A stretch of DNA of 64,000 nucleotides from the NCBI RefSeq assembly GCF_032191835.1, contig NC_083224.1, forward strand, positions 170,004,001 through 170,068,000, given 5' to 3'. Both the position numbers and the translations under genes were made by a program. Shown in pieces: positions 1-12,420 of the stretch (positions are counted from its first letter, which is position 1; each line of letters starts with the position of its first letter). The notes beneath the pieces were generated by a model that saw only the letters and a list, made by a program, of their open reading frames with translations, was not told the DNA's origin and did no database searches. This stretch comes from Heteronotia binoei. Taxonomy: Eukaryota.

Positions 1-145
1 CTTGCTCATCAACCGGGATTCCTACTGCAGCCTGAATCAGAGAAGGCCCACTCTCTCTCAGTCAGCTGGCAAGCAAGCGTCCAGCACTGCAGAAATTACA
101 GCTGCCATAGTAACAGTGTCAAAACTATCTGGGAAAAGTGCTAAA

Positions 146-421
146 GTGTATTTCAAAGGAGGAACAGTCCCATTCTGAAGTCACTGAAGTCAAGGATGCA
201 TTTCCCAGGTAAGTGGCATTTCAGATCCCTTCTTCAGAAAATGCTTAAGATCAATTCTAGTAGTTTTCTGAAAAGTATGTTTGCCAGTGTGAAGCTGTAG
301 AGTGGAACTTCGATAAGTAATAGAATTTATCTTGTTTTTTGAAGAAGGGATCTGAAACACCATTGACCTAGGAACTGCATCCATGACTTCAGACTGGGAC
401 CATTCCTCCTTTGAAATACAC
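146..421. repeat. Long imperfect inverted repeat (arms 146-259 and 321-421), MITE-like foldback
   Basis: gtgtatttcaaaggaggaa pairs with ttcctcctttgaaatacac; tttcagatcccttcttca pairs with tgaagaagggatctgaaa. Confidence 0.85.
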
Positions 422-1303
422 AGGAACTTGAGAAATTATAGACTATTCCTAGAAACTTACCAGTTTTTGTATAAGTTTTCTGGATAATATTTTTGTTGGA
501 CTTTTGGATGTTGCACTATATTTAGTTGCATAAGTAATATTTACACATACGTTGTTGAGGATTGTTTATTTAGTGAAACAGCATTATAGTTACATGATTT
601 TTCTTAGTGGTTTACTTGTTTTCTGTGACAAACTAGAATTAACACTAATGTGAATTCAGCACCTGCCCAGGCCAGGCAAATAAGTGCCATCCAAGAGGGT
701 GATTTCGAGGTGGCGGGGTGGTGGTGGTGGTGGAATGCAAGCTACTGTGGAAAAGAAACATAAGTGGACATTCTGGACTAAAACTAAGGATCACATTACA
801 ATTAGTGACTGAAGAGCCAGATGAACCTGGCAGTATTTACTGTTCAAGACAAACTGAAATTGTGAGAAAGACACCTGCATCAATAACATCACATGCAACT
901 CCCCCCCACCCCCCACCCCCCAAAAAGAAAAGAATATAATTTCTTTGTTAGAAAAAGACATGGATTTGGCCCTTAGTTTTGGAAACGCAGACTGGGAAGT
1001 TGCAGCAGCTACTCAGTACGAGTAACTTCAGCATACACATGCCACCATTCAGAGGTGGCATTATACGCTGTGACAGGCCTACTTATCAGAAAGGGAGTAT
1101 GTGATAGCAAATCTGCACCTGGGCTTTTCCTAATTCAGACTGCAGGTGAAGGCTTATCTAAATGAACATGCTCTTCTGTACAAAATAGCCCTTTCACACA
1201 AAAAACCAAAAACAAGGCTGCTTTTGAGGAGATAGAAAAGGAATCAATAAATTGATGACACTGCCCAGCATAAAGAGGCTAAGAGGTCTTTGTAATTTAT
1301 TAC

Positions 1304-1384
1304 CTGGTTAAGAGAGAAGCCCGTAAGGGACAGGAAAGAAGGTGACTGAGACATCAGATCTGATGGTTTCTCTAGCAGCGATTT
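1304..1384 (-). CDS. SMG7: SMG7 exon 19 (81 nt; KSLLEKPSDLMSQSPSFLSLTGFSLNQ)
   Basis: ctgaag|...|gtaata; translation matches SMG7. Confidence 0.95.
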
Positions 1385-3339
1385 CTTCAGAAAACCAGAG
1401 AAGTGAAAGTCACTGTTAGGTATTGTTACAGACTGACTACTTAGATCATCTTTTTACATAAAACCAGTAAGTCAGTAATTGTCAGAAAAGTGCTCAAATG
1501 GGGTGTAGGTGGATGAAGTGGGGGCAGAAACACAGTGGGGACCCTCCTTCTGTTATAAATTACAGGTGCCTGGAAAACATTATGCAAAGGTCTATGAATC
1601 ACCATCTGTAATTTTACAGGTCACAGTAAAATCAAACAGCCACATTAGTTAGGAAAACGAAGAAGGCAATTTCACCATGGGGACGTTCAATGGAAAACAC
1701 TGTATGCTTGAGCTTTAGAGAAGTTACAGAGCTTAAACTGCAGCTTTGGCAATTACCACTAACTGTCCACTTGGGCATAGAGAGCAGCACACTGGATTCT
1801 TTGCTCAGACATATAAATTCATGGTCTGAATTAACCTGGCTTCCTTAACACATAAGGAAAAAATGGGAAACAATGTCACAGGCAACAGCACACACGATGG
1901 GTTGAATCCTGTGATCTGAGGACGCAACAACTTATTTCCCCCACATTTTCTGCCCCAGTCCTTTCCTACCCTGGGACAGCTTATTCTCAAGGTCACAGGA
2001 TCAGAGCAGTTTAACAGCCATAAGCTTTGGGAGGCTTTAATGGGGAGGGAGGCAAGGGATCAAAGTCACACCTCTGTTGACAGAACTGAACTGCCCCAGA
2101 GTGAGAAAGTGCTGCTGGAGGAAGGGGGGCGCAGGAAAGATCAGTGACCATTAGTGCCTTCCAGTGACAGTCAGAGGATCCAACCCTGGGCCTGGATGCT
2201 TGACTATCGCAGTGACAATCAGCTCACTAAAATATGACAAATAGATAAGGCTGTCTCTATGCTGTAATTCTGCAGAAGCAGAGAAACAGCTGGTGCTTAA
2301 TTCTCGGGTTTGCAGGTCTCCTGTGGACTAATAGCTATGTGGCTCACACTGAAGAGAAGAGGGAGGAGGAAGTCGCATTTGCCAAGAAAAAAGGAGGGGT
2401 GGGTTTTTTCCGCCCTTCCCAAAGGCAACCCCATAATCCATGTGGTTATTATTACACATAGGTCTTATAACCTTAGAAGTTAGCTTTCCTGAGGCCAGAA
2501 AGGAGAATTAAGACACTCTAAAAGGGTTCCATTTTCTTTGGAGGGAGCCCAATGCAAACTGCTGCCTGCCACCTTTATAGTGTGCCTCCTGCTTGGAACT
2601 TAGGAGGGAGTTATGTCACAGAGCAGCTTGTTCCCTTAATAGTCAAGCTGACTGGAAGCGGCTTCAGATTTGGTTTCCAGAACTCACTGGGAGATTCAGA
2701 CATTCAGTCTGACAACCCCTCCCTAAAACGTGAGACGGGCTTTGGTAATGAAGCACCATGATTCCTGGGCGCCCTCTCCTCACATTTCATAGGCAGAAAA
2801 CACACAGGTTTAAACTAAAGACAGCTGAGGTGCTCCTGAACAGCATGCTAAAGAACAGGTGGCTGATGTGCCAAACCCAACCCAATCCTACCCAGGGTTC
2901 AAAACTATTCTGCTGGGTTCAACAGATAATAATGCACAAATCCTTCAAGCCTGGCACCTTGGCCAGAATAATTCACAAACACCTGAGGCTCCAGGCAAGA
3001 TCACTATTTCCCCAGTATACACCATTCACTTCAGATGTTGAAGGAACAGGAATGTAAGCGCTTTATGTCAATCTTTATTGCTCTCTTCACTGGACTAGGC
3101 TTCATCCTTTATTTTTTGATATGGTCAGCTACCGCTTTCCTACCCTGCTGAAGCATCACTCAAGCAGCCGTTCTTGAATTAACAAACGTGCTACGTGACA
3201 GCAGGCATTCGGAAGTGTTATTCTTTCATCCAACTCAAGCATTCCTTCGAATGGATCAAGCGCTAGACCCAAACGGCTGTCAAAAAAAAAAAATCCCCTT
3301 GGCACAAGCTATTGTCTCTCCTTTTAAGTCTCAATCCTT

Positions 3340-3534
3340 GGTAGTCAGTTTGCAGCTGACTTATGGTGAATCCGCAGGGTTCTCAGGACAAGAGGTAGTG
3401 TGCCATTGCCTGCCTCTGCACTGCAAGCTTGGACTTCCTTGGTGGTCTTCCATCCAAGTACTAACCGGGTCAACCCTTTTTAGCTTCTGAGATCTGCTGA
3501 AATTACAAAGAACCGGCACCATCCAGGTCAGGGC
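3340..3534 (-). mobile_element. 5S rRNA-derived SINE (SINE3 / 5S-Sauria-like)
   Basis: Reverse strand resembles the 5S core (gatctcagaagctaa...gttagtacttggatggaagacc) followed by an RTE-like tail. Confidence 0.75.
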
Positions 3535-3786
3535 ACCTCAATCCCCCCCCCCCCGCCGCCGCCAATCAAAAACTTGAATTAAGCAGTTGCTCATGCTTTA
3601 TTTTTATTTTTTTTTTAAGTCAGGATGTTATTATTACCCTTATTTTGATTAAGGGGGTGACAGAGCCATGGCAATAGAATAAGCATCTACTTTTTGATGC
3701 CACACCTCCATATAGCATCATCTGAGCCCATCTTTCTTCATACTATGTATCTCTTCCAACCACCAGTTTGCTATCTTTAATGGTTA

Positions 3787-4045
3787 AAGATAAAGGTAGT
3801 ACCCTGTGCAAGCACCAGACATTTCTGACTCTGGGGGGACATCGCTGAGGAGGTTTGCCATTGCCTTCCCCATTCATTTACACTTTCCCCCCAGCAAGCT
3901 GGGTACTCATTTTACTAAGGACGGAAAGCTGAGACAACCTTGAGCTGGCTACCTGAACCCAGCTTCCGCCAGAATCAAACTAAGGTCGTGAGCAGAGCTT
4001 GGACTACAGTACTGCAGCTTACCACTCTGTGCCACGGGGCAGATG
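3787..4045 (-). mobile_element. Sauria SINE with perfect 15-bp TSD
   Basis: aaaggtagt..ctgtgcaagcaccag tail; TSD tatctttaatggtta at 3772-3786 and 4046-4060. Confidence 0.85.
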
Positions 4046-5851
4046 TATCTTTAATGGTTAGGTTCTTTCTAATCTCCCATCATCAACCCTCTAAGCAACC
4101 ACAATGTATGGTAGGGTTATTGTCCCTACTTTAAGGGGCTGGATGGGGCTGAAACTAAGGCTGAAGGACTGTGACTAGCCTGAAGTCAGCCACTGATTTA
4201 AATATCACAGTCTCTATAAGCAGACTGTTAGAGAACATTCCCCCATTGATAGCGCTCTATGCACTAGGCAGAATGTCAAAACACCTCTTGTACTCTGTGT
4301 GTTGGTGTGAGCTGCCCCACATGTCCCTGCTGACTGGTGCAGTAAACTAGTAGGCACTTGGAGAAATGAGACTTTGAAACATTGCAGGGAAATGTTTTTG
4401 GCCATACTGCCACAGGAAGTTGGTCCAGAATTCAAAGCTCAGCAGGTATTAGAATGCCTTGGACACCCAGAATCCACTGGATGAGACAGGTTCTTGGTCA
4501 AGGTTCCCAACCCAACAGTAAATATTTCATCCTAGAGAAACAAGCAATAAATCAAGGATTCAGGGGGAAAAACTCATTCAGTTCCTGTCTCTCAGCAGAA
4601 ACCTACAGCCTTCCCTGGATTCCATAACATACATGAGCCCACTCTACTATTTTATGTTGATGATTTGAGAAGTAGCGTGGAATTTTGATAACTGTCTTCC
4701 AGATTAGCACCAAACACACCCTGTTTGATTCTTGACAAAAAAGTGAAAACCTTAACTGGGGATGTTTCCCAAGGGAACATCCCGTATAGTTTTCCTATTT
4801 CACACATGCATAAGTACTATGCAATGTGCAGCTTGTACTTCACAAAAATGTGATGTAGATGTTTTGCCTGCAGAAGCTCCTGGTGTAAATGAGAAGGTTT
4901 GATCGCACCAAAAGAGACCTCTGAATACCAGGTGCTGGCAGCAAACAGGGCAAAGGTGCTTACTTCATGCACAGGAGATGAGCTTTTCCAGAGGCATCTG
5001 CCAGGTTGCTGCAACAGAATGCTGCACTAGACAGACCTTTGATCTGATCCAGCAAGGCAGGGCTCATGTGTTTTAACTGTGGAAAGATGTTAATTTGACA
5101 CAGACGCACTTGGCACCTTCAGTGGACTGAGTGAGTTGTTTTTGTGCAGACGTCAAGGTAAATGACAGCGCCTGCATAGAAGGATCGGCATGGCTTACAA
5201 ACCATACAACCTGCTCAAGAATGTCTCCCATTACCATGATGGACTGAACCTCCACAACACTGAAAACAAATCAGTGTTCCCTCTTGCAGGCTATGAACTC
5301 CTGTTCTTTAGCTACTGTTCATTCATGTTCTGGTGCACTCTGAAAGGATTCTGGGTAGCTTCGGTGCAAGACAGAGAGGAATCCTGAAATTCTCACAGCA
5401 AGCCAAGGGATCAGACGTTTGGATCAGCCAGGGTTGCCGCATCCTTAACCTTTCAGTGTGTGCCTGCTTACATGCTCTGGATCAAGGACATGTTCAGCTG
5501 AAAGCTTCTCCTGCCATAGTGCTTCAATAGGCCACCTGCCCCACTCCTCTCTGTCTCACGCACTCACACACACACACACAATGGAGTGAACCTGAACCCT
5601 GTCCAGAGTTTAACAAACCAGGCACTGAGTTAGAAAGCAGCAACTCTAGGATCAAGATTATGTGTATATTTACAACCACTTCCTCCCAGCAGTTCTGCGT
5701 GTGGAGGTCTACCACTGATTCAAATTCCCCCACTCTTTGGATATGGATTCCATGTCAACTACAGACCTCACAAGGGGGGGGGAATTAAAAAATACACTGA
5801 AAGTATGCCAAAATTAGAGCAAGAAGCAGCAGAATTAAGTCAAATACATAC

Positions 5852-6001
5852 AAAGAGGCTTCGTCCAGGAAGAGATGCGAGAGGCCCCAGCAGAGCTGGG
5901 TAAAGATCAGGAGGATTAGAGAAAATCAGCTCTTCCTCCTCCTCCAAGGCAGCCAGACTCTTTAACAGGTCCGGAGGAAGCAGAGGGGAGCTCTTGGGGT
6001 C
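5852..6001 (-). CDS. SMG7: SMG7 exon 18, in-frame cassette (150 nt; DPKSSPLLPPDLLKSLAALEEEEELIFSNPPDLYPALLGPLASLPGRSLF)
   Basis: cactag|...|gtatgt; phase 0-0; matches the isoform-specific insert I recall in human SMG7. Confidence 0.92.
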
Positions 6002-7736
6002 CTAGTGACAGAAAGGAGCACAGTGAGACACAGCAAGGGACGGAGAGAAAGCAAGAAAAGCAGCAGGTAGGCGGCACGGGGGGGGGGGGGGGTGTTACAG
6101 GAACAGAACGAAGGCCCATACGAAGCACACAGAATGCAAAGCAGGCTACTAGACAAAAGATGGGGAGGCAGGGACAAGCTTAAGCCAGCATGCAAAAGCA
6201 GCTCTTAAAAGGTAAAGAACAGGGCAACAAGAAACTGAAGAGGAGATAGAGAAAGTTGAAGCAAACTGTCTTGTTCTTTTGTGTTATAGAAATCACACCG
6301 CTTTGAATTTATGGCCAGCCCTCCCGCCCCCTCCAAAAAATCACCCCAAATTACTAGGTCCTACTTATGAAGAACATAGTTTCTACTACTTTAAAGATGA
6401 CTGTCCACTAACCAACACATTTTGTCAGTTCTCCAGTATTTTGGTCACCTTTCAATTTGCAAACACCACTGCGGTGTGTTACGTGACTCAACCCTGAAAT
6501 AATTTTATCAGCATTCCTTCTTACTCTGTTGATAACAGCTGGATGAATTATCATCAAATATCTTCAACCATATGAGAGCCAGCTCTGCCCCCCACCCCCA
6601 AAACCCCCCCTATAATTTATGAAGAATGCAAACAGGATAAAGGATCTAATCTCCCAGTGCTTCATTCCTCTTGGCTTTCCCATACCCCTGCCACTTTTTC
6701 CATGGCATCTTTGCTGGGCAGCAGGGATCCCCATCCCAGGTTTGGCTAATTTTAGGTATTAGGCAAAGGTCTGCAATTAAGATTAGGGAGACCAACCTAA
6801 AAATACAAGAGCTAGGGATGCTAGAATCTGGACAACTGCTGATGGATCTCAAGACTCTTCCCCTTCTTAGAATGCTTCTAATGAACCCCTCACTGGTGAA
6901 TCTCATAAAAGTGGACTTCCTGGCCACTATGAACATACTATCACACAACACCATTATAAAGGAAAGCAGAGGTTAGATCCAACAGCATTAACTCAGCTGA
7001 AAGCACAACTGGCTAAAGCCAGCCAGCTGTTTGTATCTTCTGCGCACCGATGGAATTTCAGCACTCCTTATCAAGGCTATTTTTAATGGTCAGTCTCTGG
7101 CTGTCGCCAGCACAATCAGAAGTGTGAATGATGGGCTTGAGTGGAAAAGCAGCTGCAAAGGGGTTGGGAGGACCAACCCTGCTGCAGATAAAGTGTGCTT
7201 TCATACCATGGTCACTATCCACCTGCACGCAATCACTTGATCAAAGGCAACAGGGGATTAGCATTCCAGCAGCTGTCTGCTCTGGGATCCTGATGGGTTA
7301 AGCCAAGCCTTAGAAATGGAGAGATCTGGGCATCCCCGAAGGCTGTGGCGAGCACCCATAAGGAAGTGCAGTCACTTACCAAAGGAAGTGTCAACCCCCT
7401 ATGCCCAACTAGTCTCAGGAAATGCCTTGATAGGATGGTTAGTCTCCTGCACCATCAGCCCATCCCAAATGCTGGCAGTTTCTGCAGCCCTGCCTCCTTT
7501 TCACAAGGTTTTGGCATTCTCAGCAGTACCTCCCTCATACCTTAAGTCAAGCATCAGGCCCGCATGGCCTTGCTCTGACTTTTTATGTCAGTGCTCCAAC
7601 TGTGGTTAAGAGCAAGTGCTACCACAAAAGAGCTGACTTCAATTTGCTTTGCTTTAAGCAACTAAACCTTCATCAGTGAAGGCTTACTGCAATAAAGTCT
7701 GATACACCCTACATTATATCTTTCTCTGTTTTGGTA

Positions 7737-8036
7737 AAAAAGGTAAAGGTAGTCCCCTGTGCAAGCACCAGTCATTTCCGACTCTGGGGTGATGTTGCGT
7801 CATGATGTTTTCACAGCAGACTTTTTAACAGGGTGGTTTGCCATTGCCTTCCCCAGTCATCTACACTTTCCCCCCAGCAAGCTGGATACTCATTTTTCTG
7901 ACCTTGGAAGAATAGAAGGCTGAGTCAACCTTGAGCTGGCTACCTGAACCCAGCTTCCACTGAGATCGGACTCAGACCATGAGCAAAGCTTGGACTGCAG
8001 TATTGCAGCTTTACCACTCTGTGTTACGAGGCTCCA
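7737..8036 (-). mobile_element. Sauria SINE with 14-bp TSD
   Basis: Homologous to the 3787, 34048 and 54430 copies; TSD tctct(g/a)ttttggta at 7723 and 8037. Confidence 0.85.
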
Positions 8037-8808
8037 TCTCTATTTTGGTAGGAATCCACACATCAGAACTTAAACTTAACAACTTTCCACAGGTCAAAAG
8101 CTCCACTCCTCTTACTCGGTGACTCACTAGGAGGCAGCAATTACTTCAGCATCATTTTTTTTTGCTTCTCACTAGGCTGTTCCTTCCTCACACAGTGACC
8201 CCAGCCGATCAGGGATCACATTGCAATGTCAACGTCAAGCCAGCCAACCAGATTCGGTATTATGACAAGATCATTGAGGGAAAGTAAATGAGGGGAAGGC
8301 AAAGTCCCCTGTGATGCACTTGCTCTTGGATGGGCAGCAGGAAGGGGAGAAGGGGAATATGATCTGTGCTTGAAAATGGATACACGTCAAGGACTAAAAA
8401 CTTGCCTGCCACTACACAGAGAATGCAGGCACTTCTCTATCTGCACAGGCACTTCCTATGTCCTATCACCAGCCAACTGGGCAAATGCTTCAACACTGTT
8501 TGCCACACACACCCCCTCCCACCTGCCCAAAGTGGTAGCGTGGTTTTGTAGCACGCATACTTAGTATGTTGCTCTTTGCTTCTAGCAACAGTCAGTGCTT
8601 GGAACCAACGGGATAAAAATAAAGTTGCATCTAATTATGCCTGAAACAGAAACACAGGAGGGAAACAGGGACACCTCATCTGCCCTCCCTAATTGGCATC
8701 CCTCTGAGAGTCACCACAAACAACCCCCATTAATTTTGTTTGATGTACAAAGGGAATTGTCCTCATCCTTCTGCCTGCAGCTCATCACCAGTTCAGCGGC
8801 CCGCTTAC

Positions 8809-9180
8809 CTCAAAACCCATCCTAGGCACTGCGTCCTGCTCCGGACGGAAGACTCCTTGCTGCCGTTTGCCCCTGCGGTCCATGTTAGCTTGCTGCTGTG
8901 CCATCACAACACGGTTGTCGGCCATGTAAGAGTCCCAGTAAAATTCTGGCACCTTGACCTCCGAAGGGTTCTGATTATATGGCTCCATGGGGAAAGGCTT
9001 CATCTTCTTCTCCAGAGGCTGCTGCTGTTGCATGAGGGGGGGCTGCAAGGACTGTTCAAACAGTTTTAGGGGGTCCTGGCTCTGAAGATAGTAGGGCTGC
9101 TTCACAGGCATCATCTTCCCCAGCGGGCCTTGGACCTGAGGTGGGTTCCAGAGCTGCTTGGATGCGTCTGCCTGGGAATA
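8809..9180 (-). CDS. SMG7: SMG7 exon 17 (372 nt; YSQADASKQLWNPPQVQ...DAVPRMGFE)
   Basis: ctttag|...|gtaagc; overlaps track ORF 8785..9114. Confidence 0.96.
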
Positions 9181-9929
9181 CTAAAGACAGACAGTCCTGC
9201 ATTCAGCACAACAGTTGGCTCTTTTCGAGCTGGGCAGCCATTGAATGAAGTGACCGACCTGGCCACCAACAGGTCAGATGACACCCCTCTTTCTACCAAA
9301 AATATTCCACAGTGGGTTTGCTGGAATTTACCAGGCAAGTACCCTGGATAAATAGATTTCCTTGGCATCAGGGAAGAGGGCAGAAAGGTTCTTTTGTTCT
9401 CGTCACCCCTGAAGTACACGCCACGCTCTCTGTGCACCACAACATAAAAATACGCACAGTCCAAACTACCATGACTCAACACCACAGCACAGGCAGAACT
9501 GGCTGGACATTCAATTTTGAGAGCGGAGTCCTTAGACCTCGAGATGAGAAAGAAAAGCTGGGAAATGTATCCCAGGCAGAGCCCACAGAGGGATGGGACT
9601 AGCCTTTCAAGATCAGGGCTTATCCATTTTTAATGCAGAAAAAACTCAAGCGGGTGCAGTTCTGTCGCGTCAGTGGTGCAGGGGTCTGACAAGCTGCATT
9701 CACTCCAAACCGCACACTAATGCAACTGGGAAAGATGCAGGAAGCTCTGAGGTTAAAAGGGCTGCCTATCTCAGCTTTAGGGGAAACTATTGAAGTTAAC
9801 CTGCTGCATGCTAACTCAGGCGCTGCTCGAACATTGTATAAGCCCCCATGAAATAGGTTTTTGCAGTAATACTTTCCACTCCCCCCCGTGACAAAATACT
9901 TAAACCCCACTTTTCACCTCAATAGGGAT

Positions 9930-10110
9930 CCAAAGCAGCTTCCAACATCATTTCCCTTTCCTCCACCTCATTCTACCCATTGAGGGAGGTTAGGCTAAGA
10001 AACAGTGACTGGCTCAAGTCCTCCCAGCAAGCTGCCTTGGCAGTGTGGGGATCCAATCTGGGGTTTCCCAGATGCTAGTTCAATATTCTATCCACCACAC
10101 TGGCATCACC
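9930..10110 (-). mobile_element. Old MIR/Squam3-like tRNA SINE (similar decayed copies near 4085-4200, 16190-16330, 30640-30830, 40880-41210)
   Basis: gagggaggttaggct...gtgactggctcaagtc...cagcaagctg core, shared with the 28949 copy. Confidence 0.5.
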
Positions 10111-10350
10111 CTTGTTCTTGGTCATCTCTTAAACTCCTGGCAACTACTTCCCTTCCCTGTACATTTCCATGCAAAAGTCGGCAATATACGGCAGTCACAA
10201 ATACTTTGGATTTGAGCAGAGAGCTTCTGCTTCCCTGACCCAAATTGAATTCATGTCTCACAGGAATGTAGTCTAGAAGGCCTTTGGATTTAGCAATTCT
10301 TTCATTAGCAGTTTAAAGAAACACAGCAGTTTCCACACAGAACACCTCAC

Positions 10351-10748
10351 CTGCTGGAATCCAGAGTGGTGCGGAGGGCTCTTCCCTAAGGCCTGCACAG
10401 CTTTTGTAGGAGACTGTTGCTGCTGCTGCTGCTGCTGCTGGGCCAGAGCCTGGACCTGTAATTGGCTGGCAGACTGCACTGTTGCCTGAGCTGGTAAGGA
10501 GGAGAGGGACTGCTGGGATGGGGAGGGCGTCTGCTGAGGTCCCTGGTTCATCGGACCTGGTCCGGAGGGCCGCTGCTGGCTGTAAGGAATGTGGGATTGC
10601 TTCCCAGCTTGCACCTGGTTTCCTGCGGGTGAGTGAGCTGCAGGCTGAAGAAAGGTTCCTGGGACAGAAACGCCGCCTGGGAAAGTGTACCCCGAGCTCA
10701 TGGAGAAAGCCACAGGAGGGGGGATAACGTATGCTGGAGGTGGGAAGC
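10351..10748 (-). CDS. SMG7: SMG7 exon 16 (398 nt; GFPPPAYVIPPPVAF...Q9...PPHHSGFQQ), Pro/Gln-rich
   Basis: tcgaag|...|gtgagg; inside track ORF 10273..10767. Confidence 0.96.
10414..10440 (-). repeat. Coding (CAG)7CAACAG tract encoding Q9 in exon 16
   Basis: Plus strand ctgttg(ctg)7 read directly. Confidence 0.95.
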
Positions 10749-11397
10749 CTTCGAAGACAAAACACACACAAAAACAAACGACCGCTTTTAAAAAGAGGAA
10801 CCTCCTTTCTGTGAAAAAAATCCCAGTTGCACTTTTAAAATTAATACAGCGGTACTTTAATCATTAATTATCTACAGCAAGTTAAACAGTGGATGTTACA
10901 AACTGTTTTTGGGGGGCAGGAGGGTACACAAAGAAGGAAGTGTCCTTTGCTCCTTCCACTTAAAGCCCCTCTGTAAAAAGTGATTTCACAGCTAACAGGA
11001 TCCCTCAGTAGAATCTCCCCGCTTCAGTTACTCATTCCTTCCATGTAGTGAGAGTTGTGGGTGAGAATTTGCAGTCCACCTCTGATCGTTCCCTGGGGAC
11101 AATTTCAAGAAGAAACATGCCAACAACCTGATCTTCAAAGAGACTGTTTTGTTTGCAGGAATGTTAAATATAAAACAACTTCAACGTGAGGAAAGTACCT
11201 GTGTCACCATTCATACACTATAAAAACTGATTAAACGTCTATGATAAAGAGATTCAGGAAGCAACATATAAAGTTCACCCACTTGGTAAAGCTGGTGTGT
11301 CAGGGAGCAAGAATATTGTCCTCTCTTCCTATCTAGTGTGTCAAAGGCACTGGAGAACCAAAACAAATGGAAAAGAACAGATGCTTTTGTTTTTTAC

Positions 11398-11542
11398 CTG
11401 GACGGCTGGGAAGCGGGGGGAAAGCTCCTGGGTGATGGATGGGGATGAACTGGGAGTTGCTGGCCTGGTTTGGAGACTGAGTTACTGGTGTTTTCCTGGC
11501 TTCAGACACAGGAGTCTTCCTCAACTCTGTCTGTGATTTCAC
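11398..11542 (-). CDS. SMG7: SMG7 exon 15 (145 nt; VKSQTELRKTPVSEARKTPVTQSPNQASNSQFIPIHHPGAFPPLPSRP)
   Basis: tcccag|...|gtaaaa; inside track ORF 11333..11563. Confidence 0.96.
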
Positions 11543-12049
11543 CTGGGAAGACAAGCAATTCACTCATTCATTTCTTCGTTTTACTTACTTCTTCTCATTT
11601 TCTCCTTAAACTTGAACTGGTTCTGGCAGTGGTTTTAGTTGATTTCCCCATTGATTTGAAAGACATGAAATTAAGTTCAGCTTAAAAAAAAAAAGTTAAA
11701 TTGAGCACTTCCAAAGTGCTGATCCACTCTGAGTTTCTCTCCGTTATAGATATGTGCATGCCATGCAAAGACCTATTCAAGATTCTGTTGTGTTGCTCGC
11801 TTCTCTCCACTGCAAACTAGCATAGCTCCATTAGACTAAAACTGCACTCTCTTCCATAATGTGTACAATATTTATTTCTGCATATCAAGAAGTTCTGAGC
11901 AATGTTTCATAACTGTTTCAATACTAGATGACATATAAGTGAACTTAAACATTTAAACATACGGCTGCCCATGAAGGTGGTCTGGAAACTGCAGGTGGTG
12001 TCAGCTAGCCAATGGGACCAAGTTGTTCCTATTCTGAGGTCCTTCCACA

Positions 12050-12420
12050 GGCTGCCAGTCAGTTTTCAGGCCCAGTCCAAGATGCTGCTGCTGGCCTTTT
12101 AGAGCCTTTCATGACCTGGGGTGCACATACCTGTAGGACAGTCTCTCCCTGCATGTCCCCATGTGGCAGGTCTGATCTCCCCAACAAAGTCTGTTCTCGG
12201 CATCTCTCCACCTCTGTCTGCAATGGCCCAGGATCAGGCATTATGCCACTGAAAGCACCTCCCAGAAGAGGTCGGGGGGCTGGCTTTCCAGCAAGGCTGC
12301 ATTAACAGACGTGTTCCACAGAGCTTCTGGGGCAGGCTGAGCCTGGACAAAGAGGGACTGCCCTGCTGGATGGGGCGTGAATTGTTTTTAAATGTAGTGT
12401 TTTTATGATTTTTTTTTTTT
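12050..12420 (+). mobile_element. Degenerate L2 LINE 3' fragment (other pieces at 18500-18620, 32135-32700, 51950-52075)
   Basis: Decayed ORF2 end resembling KALHDLG..YL.D.LS...W..LP.E followed by an AT-rich 3' UTR. Confidence 0.5.

Noticed and set aside
706-922. G-rich and C-rich runs as G-quadruplex elements
   Set aside because: Simple low-complexity tracts, common throughout this window.
3445-3534. Functional 5S rRNA or tRNA genes
   Set aside because: All such matches are diverged heads fused to SINE bodies, with no intact structure or terminator.
4759-4783. Short palindromes (4759-4783, 1039-1061, 13442-13463)
   Set aside because: Stems of 8-12 bp are expected by chance in 64 kb and have no supporting context.
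7380-7413. Cryptic exon using the strong donor TTG|GTAAGT at 7379
   Set aside because: Only a GAG acceptor with a poor pyrimidine tract lies nearby.
10313-10777. Alternative-frame and antisense ORFs over exons 14, 16, 17 and 18
   Set aside because: These are shadows of GC-rich coding exons with no independent support.
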